In this document: piece by piece, positions 38,497 to 49,123 of the stretch
How the letters are laid out: each line of letters opens with the position of its first letter
Position numbering within the stretch: position 1 is the stretch's first letter
NCBI GenBank assembly: GCA_040285855.1
Contig: JAUFOQ010000005.1
Coordinates: 1,302,001 to 1,366,000 of the forward strand
Direction of reading: 5' to 3'
Length of the DNA: 64,000 bases
DNA from: Eukaryota sp. GEM-RC1
Lineage: Eukaryota
Notes under the pieces: model-generated
Databases searched by the model: none
The model's input: only the letters and a program-made list of their open reading frames with translations
Told to the model about the DNA's origin: nothing
Position numbers and translations under genes: made by a program

Positions 38497-38709
38497 AAAA
38501 TCATACTCTACAATATCTCCTGCTTAATTAACATCCGCCTCATAGAGCACCGGCAATTATAAAAGGTACATATCTGGACACAATTGGGAAAAGGTGCTAT
38601 GAAGTATAGCAGTAAATCCAAGGGCAAAGGAACTCGATTAGACGGGATATACATTGTAGCATATGAAGAAGGCCAAAGAATTTGTTATCTGCACTATTAA
38701 TCGCTCTTC

Positions 38710-40578
38710 ATGTGCGTTCTCCTCCCAGAATCACTTTCTCTTCAGGTCTTGCATTGCTATGTCAACAATTCTATCTGCAACCTATCTGTGTTTACGAGAT
38801 CTCGTACTTTTAAAATGATTTCTTCTGCTGTTTATCAGTGTTTCCAACGACTTGGGTTTGTGAGTGAAAAGTTCTTCTCTTTGTTACACAAAGCTGTTAA
38901 TATTGCTTTCACAGCTGTTGTTCATATAAAAGGCGATGAAGCACAAAGTTGGTCAAGGTTTTGTTCTTTCTTTTCAATCTTTCCAAAAGAAATTGAACTG
39001 TACTCTGTTTTTGATTTGAACTGTGTTGGAATTCTGAATCGATTCAAAACCTCAATTAATAGTATTCAAACTAAATGTAACGATTTTACGTACTTGAAGC
39101 CTACATCTAAATTATTCTTCAAAAATTTGAAAAATTTAGAGATTCACATTTCCTCTCTCTGTTCAAATGATGTTGCCTTGCTCACTCAATATCTGGGTCA
39201 TTGTGAGAGATTAACAACGTTAAATTTCCACTTAACATCCTGCCCCCAACACTTCTCTCGAATTCTAGCTAAGTTGTCACGTCTTCCTAGTTTAATTTGC
39301 TTAAACTTGGACTCTATTGGAATTCAACCGGAAATAATACCAGACATGTCAAATTTACTCAAGAGTTCTCGTTTATCAGAGTTGAATTTATCCCATAATA
39401 ATTTAAATTTGTGTCGACTCGATACAATTTGGAATGCTCTAAAAGACAATTCTGCACTTCGTTCATTAAATTTTTGTGGAAATCATCTAGGTGATTCTGT
39501 AGCATTATTGGGAGAAGCAATGAGACATAACAAATCTATTGTCCATCTTAATCTCGAATCTAATTCAATTAATTCATCTGTGGTATTGAAGTTTTTAGAG
39601 TTCTTGATAATCAATCAAAAGTTGGAAATTTTAAATTTGTCAAATAATGACATCCGTGATGATGGTAGCCAGCACTTTTTTAATTATTTGAGTTCTAATC
39701 CACTTTTACAAAAATTGATACTAACGGGTAACCAAATTTCCAATACAGGATACGGTCAAATTCTGAAATCATTGTATCATAATGTAAACTTAAATTATTT
39801 GGACTATTCAACCAATCAAATTTCTTCCTTTAAACCTTTAACACAATTTTTAAAATGTCGATCAGCCAGTTCTCTCAATCAAATAATTTTAGATGACAAT
39901 GACTTTTCACTAATTGAGATTGTGTCATTTGCTGGTGAATTCTTTACTCTTACGCACTTTCTTGGTATTGAGTTAGAGTTATGGCCGCATCGCATTGACG
40001 ACCTGTCTAAGTCAGTTATATTTGATGGATTAAATGATTGTGATCTCCTTGCGATTGTTGATAGATTACACTTGCTTGAACCAATTAATTCATTGACTCT
40101 GACAAATATTAAAATATTCTTTTCTGTTGAACCGTTTTACCGACTTCTGAATAGTTCTCAGAATTTGAAAATTATATCTGACAGTATGGATGTAGATGGC
40201 ACAGTTGTTAATCTAAACTTAGCTGATAGGGAAATCGATTCCTTAGAATTGTTAGAATATTTCAAGAATTTAAAATTTTTGGATCTCAGTGGAAGTAGCG
40301 TCTCTGACTACTCAGGTTTGAAATATCTCAAACAGTTGGAAGAACTTGATCTCAATTCAAGCAATATTGTTGATGTATCCACTCTACAATCATTAACGTC
40401 ACTTAGAGTTTTAAATTTAAGTGGAACATCGGTTGATGATGTTTCTGATTTGAAGAATTTACATAATTTGCGATATTTAAATTTGAGTTACTCTTGTGTG
40501 GAAGATGTATCACCACTGTGTGGAATTCAAGATTTAATTATAGATCATTCCTCTTTGTCCGATATAGAGGAATATTAA
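38710..40578 (+). CDS. Divergent LRR protein (RI-like repeats plus C-terminal internalin-like repeats)
   Basis: 622-aa ORF with LxxLNLSxNxI repeats. FQRLGFVSEKFF resembles FEQVGYVSNHFL of the local LRR family. Confidence 0.8.
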   Translation: MCVLLPESLSLQVLHCYVNNSICNLSVFTRSRTFKMISSAVYQCFQRLGFVSEKFFSLLHKAVNIAFTAVVHIKGDEAQSWSRFCSFFSIFPKEIELYSVFDLNCVGILNRFKTSINSIQTKCNDFTYLKPTSKLFFKNLKNLEIHISSLCSNDVALLTQYLGHCERLTTLNFHLTSCPQHFSRILAKLSRLPSLICLNLDSIGIQPEIIPDMSNLLKSSRLSELNLSHNNLNLCRLDTIWNALKDNSALRSLNFCGNHLGDSVALLGEAMRHNKSIVHLNLESNSINSSVVLKFLEFLIINQKLEILNLSNNDIRDDGSQHFFNYLSSNPLLQKLILTGNQISNTGYGQILKSLYHNVNLNYLDYSTNQISSFKPLTQFLKCRSASSLNQIILDDNDFSLIEIVSFAGEFFTLTHFLGIELELWPHRIDDLSKSVIFDGLNDCDLLAIVDRLHLLEPINSLTLTNIKIFFSVEPFYRLLNSSQNLKIISDSMDVDGTVVNLNLADREIDSLELLEYFKNLKFLDLSGSSVSDYSGLKYLKQLEELDLNSSNIVDVSTLQSLTSLRVLNLSGTSVDDVSDLKNLHNLRYLNLSYSCVEDVSPLCGIQDLIIDHSSLSDIEEY

Positions 40579-41374
40579 AATATTTTAAGATGGCTTTGTT
40601 CACTAATCACCTCTGTTATTACGTCAATTTCACTGGATTGCTGAAAATAACAAGCAAAGAAAGTATGTTGATCCTTTGAAAGACCTGAAACACATTGTCC
40701 ATGTTGAATATTCACTTGTCCCATTTGCGATTTCCATATATGGTAGATTAGGCAAATTGGCCTTGAAGTTTCCTTGATGAATTTGCAAAAGTTGTAGCTC
40801 GTAGAACCAACAAAATATTTGATTGTTCTTTTGGCAGAACCGAATTGTCTTTATGATTCTAAAGGCAGTTCCCACAATGATTTCAAAAGCTTTGTTATCC
40901 CTAAGTGTGTTTTATGAAGACAAAGCTTCAACATGGTTCGATTCGAAGGAATCTTGTTTTGATGACATTGAGTATTAGATCATCTTTTTTTATTTTCGAA
41001 AAAAAATTCTAAAAAAAATTAAAGCTCTTTCGTCAAATAAAACATTTTTGAAAAAATTTCACTGGATTTCTGGGGACACTCAAAAAATGCATCAGAATAA
41101 TCTCTTAAAATTTCATTGATTAAGAACATATACCAATTTTGAATTATTTCACGATCATAATTAGCGACTTTCAAATCTTGTTCATGGAATTTTTGAAAAG
41201 AACGTATCAATTTATTGGTCTTCAAACACACTGAGCATTCTACATTAATAAATGTATTTCACTAGATCTCACCCCACAAATACAAAGAATTCTTGAATGA
41301 AAACAAAAGCTGAACAACCCAAAAGAACTTCTCCACAAACCAAAATCATATCCAAAAACAAAATAAAATGAAAC

Positions 41375-43959
41375 TTACCTCATAACCACCACAACTCCCT
41401 GTTTAGACATTACAACTACACTTCCATCGTCCTTCTGCAGAATCACATCCTGACCATACACAGACTTAGCTAACATAACACGACCTTCTAAATACTTCTC
41501 TTGATCTGAAGCAGAAACCACAAGACAAACGTCTTTTGGGGCTGGTTCTTTCGATCTCAGCGAGCTTAAAGGTAAAGTTTCAGTATCAGACTCCACCAAT
41601 TTACCAGTATTATCAACAGCGATAACAGTTGCCTGTTTCGTTTCATGATTGATAGAAGAGATCATATACACCTTATCCTTCGACGTGACCAACGCCTTCT
41701 CGATACACCATAATGGCTCTTCTTCTTCCACTGGCTGAGGTACATCCAAAACAGATTGTACAACTACTGGTGGATGGTCAATTACTGGAGTGGTGTTATC
41801 TTGTTCAGGCTGATCCCATACACTTCCAGCACCAGATCCAACGTAGGGAGTAGCAGGAGCCATGGAAGAGAAACCAGGAGCAATAGCGGGAGTTCTAGGA
41901 AATTGATGGATGACGTCAGCAGCTCGACCTCGAACCTCATCATCAATCAGCTGAATATATTCACGTGGGAGAGTGGTCGTCTTGTTCTTCAATCGACGCA
42001 CAGCTGGCAATTGAACTACAACTTCAGTATCAGTAGCAGAAATGATAATTCCCTTATATCCTTTAAACTCCTTCTTCAGAATCTTTACTTGCCTTCCCTT
42101 AAGTGACTCATCAGCCTTGGCCCCTCGTAGACCCCCTGGCCATGGGTTTCTTGGCTCTGGGTTTCTGTCCAACAAGGTTAGAATGAACAGGGGAGGGAGT
42201 CGTGATTGGGAAAGCATTTTCAGATGATTGAGCAACCGACGTGTTTTTGGTCACACGTGCAGCTACAACAATTATACCCGAGTTATCAGTGACAGCGGGA
42301 CAATCCAAAAACAAAAATGATTTAAATATGCACAAGACACGTCCTGATTTGTTGGAATAAGGACCTTCGTTGACGATGACGTGATCGCCTGGCTTAATGA
42401 TCTGTTGAGCTCCATCAAGAGCAGATGCATGAGTTTTAAATTCTTTAACTTGAGTAATTGAGTAATGTTGAACAATTCCAGTGTTCAACAAACAAATCAA
42501 CATTCCATTTTCGATATTAATCACAAAACCGACTGTAGATAGATTGATTGTGACCGCAGACCTAGCTGAAAACTTTCCTAGCGAAACCTGACTAGTAGAA
42601 ACAGAACCTTCTGTTTTTAAATTATTTGAAGACGCCGTAAACTCAGTACGGTTCAAATCGCTCATAATCACGACAAGCTCTGGATTCCTCTCATCAACAG
42701 AGACAATAAACCCTGTTTCATTCACATACTCGCCTCCCGTAACCTTTACTCGATCTCCCACTTCAAACACCTTAACCAAGTCATTCTTGGAGAACTCAAT
42801 AGGATCACGAACTTCAGAATGCTGAGGTACTACTATAACTGTACCAATCTTAGGCTCAGAAACAATACGTCCTTTTAGTCCACGTAGTTCGCCTCTTCTG
42901 ACTTTGACAGTGTCACCGATTGCCACGTCAGCAGTCACGTGACGTGTTTTGACGACTTCTTTCAATTGTTGAGCGAAATGTGGATTCATTAATACTAATT
43001 CCGGAGTCACATTAGTTATAAACGTAAATCCAGACACGTTTACACTTTTCAGAAGAAAACCTGCTGCAGTAAAACGTTGTCCCCCACAAGATATGAACTC
43101 TTCACCTGTATAAGGGTCAGTCTTAGGCTCAGTAATCAAACCTGATCGACTTGCCTCATCCTGATCAAAAAGTTTAGGTGGGGGTCGAGACAATGACGTG
43201 ATCCGTCTCTTCCTCTTGTCTGGATCATAGGTAAAACGAGGAACTAGTTGGAGTACGGCCTTACCACTACCAGGATCGTAATCAACTACCCTCCCCAAGT
43301 CATTCTTGTAAGCACCTCGTAGAACTCTAACAAAACTTCCAATGGCTACATCTAAAGCTTCCTTGCGTTGTTTCCAGAACAGCTGTCATTTCAGCAGCAG
43401 GGACTTGGACAGGCTTGTTGTTGTAGGCGTTAACGATGATGGAACGAAGACCTTCAACGGCAGTGAGGATATCAGAGGATTTGTAGGCTTCAATGTAGAT
43501 GAAACCTTTAGCAAAAGGTGAGGCAATGGCAGAGCAGATTCGACCAGGAGAAAGAGGGTTAGCAGCGGTGTTGAAGTGTTTGGTGATGACTTGCATAACA
43601 GCCATTTGTTCATGACCTGGAAGAACTTTGACAAGCCAAAGACGAGGATCTGAAGCTTGTGGAGGACGTTTCTGCTTCATTCTGGGTCCTTGTTGATATT
43701 CTTCTACAGGGTATATGACTTCAGCAGTAGTCTCACGTTCTACTTCTTCAGCGTATCTACTGGCTAGGTCTTCAAAGTATTGTTCTGTGGGACGTTGACG
43801 AGGTTGATAAAGTTGAGAGTCAACAGCGTTTTCATCAGTTGGAGAAACGTAACCATCTTCGGCTTCTAACTCTTCCTCTTCTTCTTCCTCAACATCTTCA
43901 GCTTCAGAGTCTATAAAAGCAGACCAATCACGTCGAGAACGTTTTTTAGGAGGAGCCAT
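41375..43959 (-). CDS. SPT5: Transcription elongation factor Spt5, split over three frames by two +1 breaks
   Basis: Acidic N-terminus, NGN domain (DPRLWLVKV..GHE, KGFIYIEA), and KOW motifs GSFVRVLRGAYKNDLG, FEVGDRVKVTGG..ETGFIV, PGDHVIVNEGP and GRQVKI..FKGYKG. Likely ATG at 43959. Confidence 0.9.
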
Positions 43960-43987
43960 TGAAGTAAAATTTTGTTTACTTTTTGTC
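43960..43987. promoter_or_regulatory. 28-bp bidirectional intergenic region between Spt5 and OSBP
   Basis: The divergent ATGs are at 43959 (-) and 43988 (+). The AT-rich spacer contains the inverted repeat AGTAAA..TTTACT. Confidence 0.6.
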
Positions 43988-45499
43988 ATGCCTCCCGTTA
44001 TTCAACCTGATGCTTACCAAAAGGCTAGAGAAGGTACATTTCCTCCTCTTCCTGAAGGAACAGACTCTTCTTATTTAGATGACGCTTTGTACAGTGAGAA
44101 ACACATCATCACTGGTCTTGGTGCGGATGACTCTCTGACCGATGAGAGTTTCACTGACGGAGGCCAACCCCGCTCCATCATCAAGGAGTTACTAAAACAA
44201 GTTCGTCCTGGTGCAGATCTCTCTAGAATCACTCTTCCCACCTTCATTCTCGAGCCAAGGTCCCTTCTAGAGAAGCTAACTGACTGTCACGCCCATCCAT
44301 ATCTACTCTCAAACATCCGCCTCCTTGAAAACCCTCTTGAACGCTTCCTTGCTGTTGTTCGTTGGTACCTCTCTGGCTTCCACACTCGTCCTCAAGGTGT
44401 CAAGAAGCCCTACAACCCCATCCTTGGAGAAGTCTTCCAAGCTCACTGGGATGTTCCCAATCATTATACTTTTTCTCCTGCTACTGTCCAGTACACTGCT
44501 GAACAAGTCTCCCACCATCCTCCTGTCTCTGCCTTCTTCCTCTCATCTCCTTCTGATGGTTATTCTATTTCAGGAAGTATTAAGTTTAAATCTCAGTTCT
44601 TAGGTAATGCTGCGGCTGCTAATATGATTGGTCATGCTGACGTTGTTTTTGACCTTCCTGATGGAAAGCGTGAGACTTATCGCGTCACTTTCCCAAAGTT
44701 TGTCTCTCGTGGTATTATAATGGGAACCCTATTTATGGAGCTCAATGGTACGTGTACTGTTCAATCAATGGACACACCACTTTCCGCAACCATTGAGTTC
44801 AAGAAACGTGGAATGTTTGGTGGTAAGTCAAACATTGGATTAATTGATGGAGTTGTTTTATTGAATTGTCCCGCTGATGATACTGGAAAAGAACCAAAAC
44901 CAATTGAAATAGGTAAACTTAATGGAAACTGGATGAATGAAGTAACTTTTGGATGGAATGTAGGTAATCCATTTGAAATGTATAAGAGTGTAGTTGATTT
45001 TGACCGATCTGACGTCGCTGGGTATCAGGCTTTGGTTAAGTCAATCAGAAAGGCAATCAAGAAACCTGTTATTTATGAGCCTTTGTTTGATGTTTCAATG
45101 TTTAGAACAATCAAAAAACGTGTTGTTCCAGTCACTGAACAAGGTCAATGGGAATCTCGACGACTATGGGCAGGTTTGACCAAGAACTTAGTAGAAGACA
45201 ATATTCCTGCTGCAACTGAAGTCAAGTCAAGTCTTGAAGATCAACAACGATCACGTCGTAATGCAGCTCATGATGAGCTCAATTCAAAAGGATTGGAGCT
45301 GATCGAAGAGAACTGGCACACGCCTTCATTGTTCCAAAAGGTAGGAGCTGAGGAATGGTGTCCTCTTAAAGAGATTTTAGTTGAGGAGAGAGTGGAGGAG
45401 AGAAGTGTTGATGGGGATTTGGAGAAGGTGCTTGGATTTAATCATTGTCTTGAGGAATGGGTTGAGAAGTGGAGAGAAGCAAGAGCAATGTTGAATTGA
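43988..45499 (+). CDS. Oxysterol-binding protein (ORD-only, Osh/ORP family)
   Basis: DLSRITLPTFILEPRSLLE, KKPYNPILGE and the signature EQVSHHPP; intact 503-aa ORF. Confidence 0.93.
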   Translation: MPPVIQPDAYQKAREGTFPPLPEGTDSSYLDDALYSEKHIITGLGADDSLTDESFTDGGQPRSIIKELLKQVRPGADLSRITLPTFILEPRSLLEKLTDCHAHPYLLSNIRLLENPLERFLAVVRWYLSGFHTRPQGVKKPYNPILGEVFQAHWDVPNHYTFSPATVQYTAEQVSHHPPVSAFFLSSPSDGYSISGSIKFKSQFLGNAAAANMIGHADVVFDLPDGKRETYRVTFPKFVSRGIIMGTLFMELNGTCTVQSMDTPLSATIEFKKRGMFGGKSNIGLIDGVVLLNCPADDTGKEPKPIEIGKLNGNWMNEVTFGWNVGNPFEMYKSVVDFDRSDVAGYQALVKSIRKAIKKPVIYEPLFDVSMFRTIKKRVVPVTEQGQWESRRLWAGLTKNLVEDNIPAATEVKSSLEDQQRSRRNAAHDELNSKGLELIEENWHTPSLFQKVGAEEWCPLKEILVEERVEERSVDGDLEKVLGFNHCLEEWVEKWREARAMLN

Positions 45500-45880
45500 G
45501 TGGAGTTTTGTTAATAAATGTATCGGTTTTTTGTCTTTAACGAATTTGTGCTTAAGGTTGTTAAATATGGGTATGGTGATGTGATTTCCCGTACCAAGTG
45601 TATTGATTTTGAATCTGTGTTTAAACGATCAAAAGAAAGCAATGTAACTCATTGAAAAACTAGTCATCTGCTGGGTTATCCAGCCGATGACGTGGAGATT
45701 CAGTGCAACAGGTTATTCAGATCGAATAACTCCCACCATCCCTGAACGCGAGCTGTTTCTTATTTCCATCTCATTAACCTATGTTGTAAACTTGATTGTA
45801 TTTTTATGTGCTCTTCTAATTACTAGAAAGTTCGTAAGGTTCTTGGCAATGGAATTCAAAAGGGAGAAAGTCCACCAACC

Positions 45881-47132
45881 ATGACTTGTCCTGAACCTTT
45901 GTTGAAAAGGAGTCGTCCATCCCCTTCCAGCATCTCCTCTGTTATGTCTAATTGTGATGAACTGTCTGTATTGTCTTCATCTACATATGCTCCCTCTAAA
46001 CGTGTTCATGTTCAGCAGTCTTTGTTGATTCTTATCCATCTACACTTGCTGAGACGTCTTCTCAAGCATGCTAAGATTCCCCTTCGAACTGATCATCAAC
46101 TTCCTGCTTTGCAAACAGCATTACCTACATTCTTTGAACAAGTTGGCTATGTAAGTAATCACTTCCTTGATTCTTCATTCCAAGCAGTTAAAGTGTTTTT
46201 TCCAGTACACACCTTTCATGCTAATCTTAAACACCTGCCCAAACTAATTTCTGTTGCTTCTTTCTTCGGAGCAGATCTACAATCTGTTTTCTTGCACACT
46301 GATGCAACCTTACAAATTGAGAATTTTTTTAATTATTCTGGTATAATTACAGGATTGAGAATCGAACTAAGGGAACCCCCCTGATTTAGAGTTTGTAAAC
46401 AATTCTTCTTCTTTATTTCCACGTCTTAAACAACTAGAAGTAGACGTGTTTCAAAACGAATCCTTTTCTTTGTTATTCATTGAAACGTTGAAAGTTAATG
46501 CTTCAGTTACAACTGTTAATTTAGTTGGAAACTATATTGGAGCTGAAGGTGCCAGAGCTTTGGCAGAGGCGTTGAAAGTGAATGCTTCAGTAACAAGTAT
46601 TGATCTGGAGTTTAACTCTATTGGAGCTGAAGGTGCTAGAGCATTGGCAGAGGCGTTGAAAGTTAATGCTTCACTTACAATTATTGATCTGAGCAACAAC
46701 TCTATTGGAGCTAAAGGTGCTAGAGATTTGGCAGAGGCGTTAAAAGTTAATGGTTCAGTTACAAGTGTTAATCTGTGGAATAACTCTGTTGGAGATGAAG
46801 GTGCCAGAGTTATGGCAGATGTGTTAAAAGTTAATACTTCAGTTACAAATATTGATCTGAGTTACAACTCTATTGGAGATGAAGGTGTCAAAGCTTTGGC
46901 AGAGGCGTTGAAAGTTAATACTTCAGTTACAAGTGTTAATCTGAAGTGCAACTCTATTGGAGATGACGGTGCCAGAGCTTTGGCAGAGGCGTTGAAAGTA
47001 AATCCTTCAGTTACAAGTGTTAATCTGGGTTACAACTCTATTGGAGATGACGGTGCCAGAGCTTTGTCAGAGGCTTTAAAAGTAAATCCCAGACTTAAAA
47101 TTGAAGGAGTAGTTGGACTCAATGAGTCTTAA
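45881..47132 (+). CDS. RI/NLRC3-type LRR family gene (7 repeats); +1 break at CCC-CCC-TGA 46376-46384
   Basis: Family N-terminal domain, then 28-aa repeats NSIGxEGARALAEALKVN in the +1 frame. Paralogs read GAA CCC TCT GAT here. Confidence 0.75.
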
Positions 47133-49123
47133 ATAGTTTTCATTAGTTTTAGATATAAACAGGTTCTTCTTTTTTAAAAACAAGAAGGTGGTTGAAGTTT
47201 AGGAGAGTATACAAGACAAATATATCTAATGTTGAGTTACCTTCATTGCTGATTTAAAACAGCAGAATGAAACTTTTCACTAGAGCCTTTTCTGAAATAT
47301 GTCACAACAGAAGATTTACCAATGAACAACTCTTGTCAAAATATTTCAAAGGTTAATGTCAATCTTTTTCGGTGTCTCAACTTTTTTGGTCGAAAGATGC
47401 TTTGAAAGCAGTCGTTTTGACTTGATGAAAAGTGTTAAATAAGCAAAATTTGCCGTGCTTGACTATTCTTATCTTTCTCCAATTAATTGTTTTTTGTACG
47501 GTCATATATACAGATACATTTTTGAGAGGAAGCCACAATACGATAAAAACAATATTCTTCTTGTTAATGTAGAACATCTTGTGTTGATTTTGAAATTATT
47601 CTGCTCTTGAAACTACTGAACAGAAACAATTTGATCTTTATGGTGAACTAATTGTCCAGACGAATTCTGGTAGACACAATCCGTTTGTTATTTTCGCTTC
47701 ATTTTCATTTTATTGTCATTTTGCTATTTCTCTTTAGCCCTGGGTAATCTGTCTAAATTTTTTCAACACAATGGTTGTAATCAGCCCAGAAACTTCAAAT
47801 GTTTGAAATCAGAAACAATCTACATAACAATGTCATTATAATTAAACAACCAGAAACTTGACCAATGGTATATCATCAGGTTGAACAAATTTCGACGTGT
47901 TTTCGACGTATTTAATGAAGAAAACAGACCTTATCGTTCTTGCTGTTCTGAGTGGATCTTGAAAAGTACAACATACTTCTAGTAAAGCATTATGATGTTA
48001 ATTTACTGTTATCACGAACTGTTCTCCAACTTGAGCTTTCTAAAAATACTTGATCAGGTCAACTCGAACCGAAACAAATACTTCCAAAACAATTTCTGAT
48101 ACAGAATTTCTTTGCTATTTGGTTCCAAGAACAATTGGTGTATTGATTCTGTGTATTCAATTAGCCATGTCAACCGCAAGCAATTTTGTTAACAACTGTA
48201 AAAGGGTCATTGTTCTCCTAAAGTTCAAAAAAATGATTACAACAAATGGAACATAGTCTTTCAAAAATTAGCAGTAAATGTACAGTTCAGGAAACTCAAT
48301 TTCAAGACATTTGATATCGTCCAACTACAGTTGAAGCTGTTTGCTAGTGGGTGGTCGGTATTCATTGTAGCTGGAAACTGTGGAAGACAATTTTTCTGAC
48401 AGCTGCAGTCTTGCATTGAATTTATTGCAGAAACTAACTTATTGTGAACCGTTGCACGATGAGATTCACATCCCACCAAGAACTCAACACGGACTGTTGA
48501 AACAGTCAGTCATTATTTACATATTCAATGGAGTGACATACCATGAAGAAAAACAGTCTATTACGGGTTGCCCAATGATAATAAATAATAGCATTTATTT
48601 TGAATCACAGAACAGAAAGAAATCTGCACTGACAACTATAATGTGATAACCATGTGACTACACCTCCGTCGGTTTGATGACAAGTCTGAGGTTATCGATA
48701 CTACTCTTCTAGTGACTAGAGAGTTCGGATGGAACGAGGAACCAAGAAATGACAGACATTAAGATTTAATTGAGAGATTCTGGTATAATTACAGGAATGA
48801 GAATCGAACTAAGGGAACCCTCTGATTTAGAGTTTCTAAACTATCCTTCTTTATTTCCACGTAGTCTTGAACTATTCAGCAACTCTATTGGATTTGAAGG
48901 TGTTAGTGCTTTGGCAGATGCAATGAAAGTTAACCCTAGACTTAAAATAGAGGGAGTAGAAGGTCTGAATAAGTCTTAATCAGTTTTCGTAGAGTTTTTT
49001 TATAAAACAGGTTCTTTCTTCTTTAAATATCAGCGTGTTGAAAGTCTGTGGGTTAAAAAAAAATATTTCTCATGTTTTTTGATGTGTTTAATATACCTTG
49101 TTAATTTCAAGAATATAGTACAG
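47133..49123 (+). repeat. Segmental duplication of LRR-gene 3' flank: direct copy at 61766-63852, inverted diverged copy at about 51690-53259, partial copy at about 110-560
   Basis: Long near-identical sequence, reflected in the duplicated small ORFs (MFYINKKN..., MEDNFSDS...). Confidence 0.9.
48770..48979 (+). pseudogene. Truncated LRR family remnant (single repeat)
   Basis: SGIITGMRIELREPSDLEF joined to a single repeat and the family C-terminus; internally deleted relative to 63388-63708. Confidence 0.7.

Noticed and set aside
43327..43345. A purely stop-triggered (Euplotes-type) mechanism for all +1 sites
   Set aside because: At Spt5 break 1 the conserved GSFV residues are in the +1 frame upstream of the stop, so at least this site shifts earlier.
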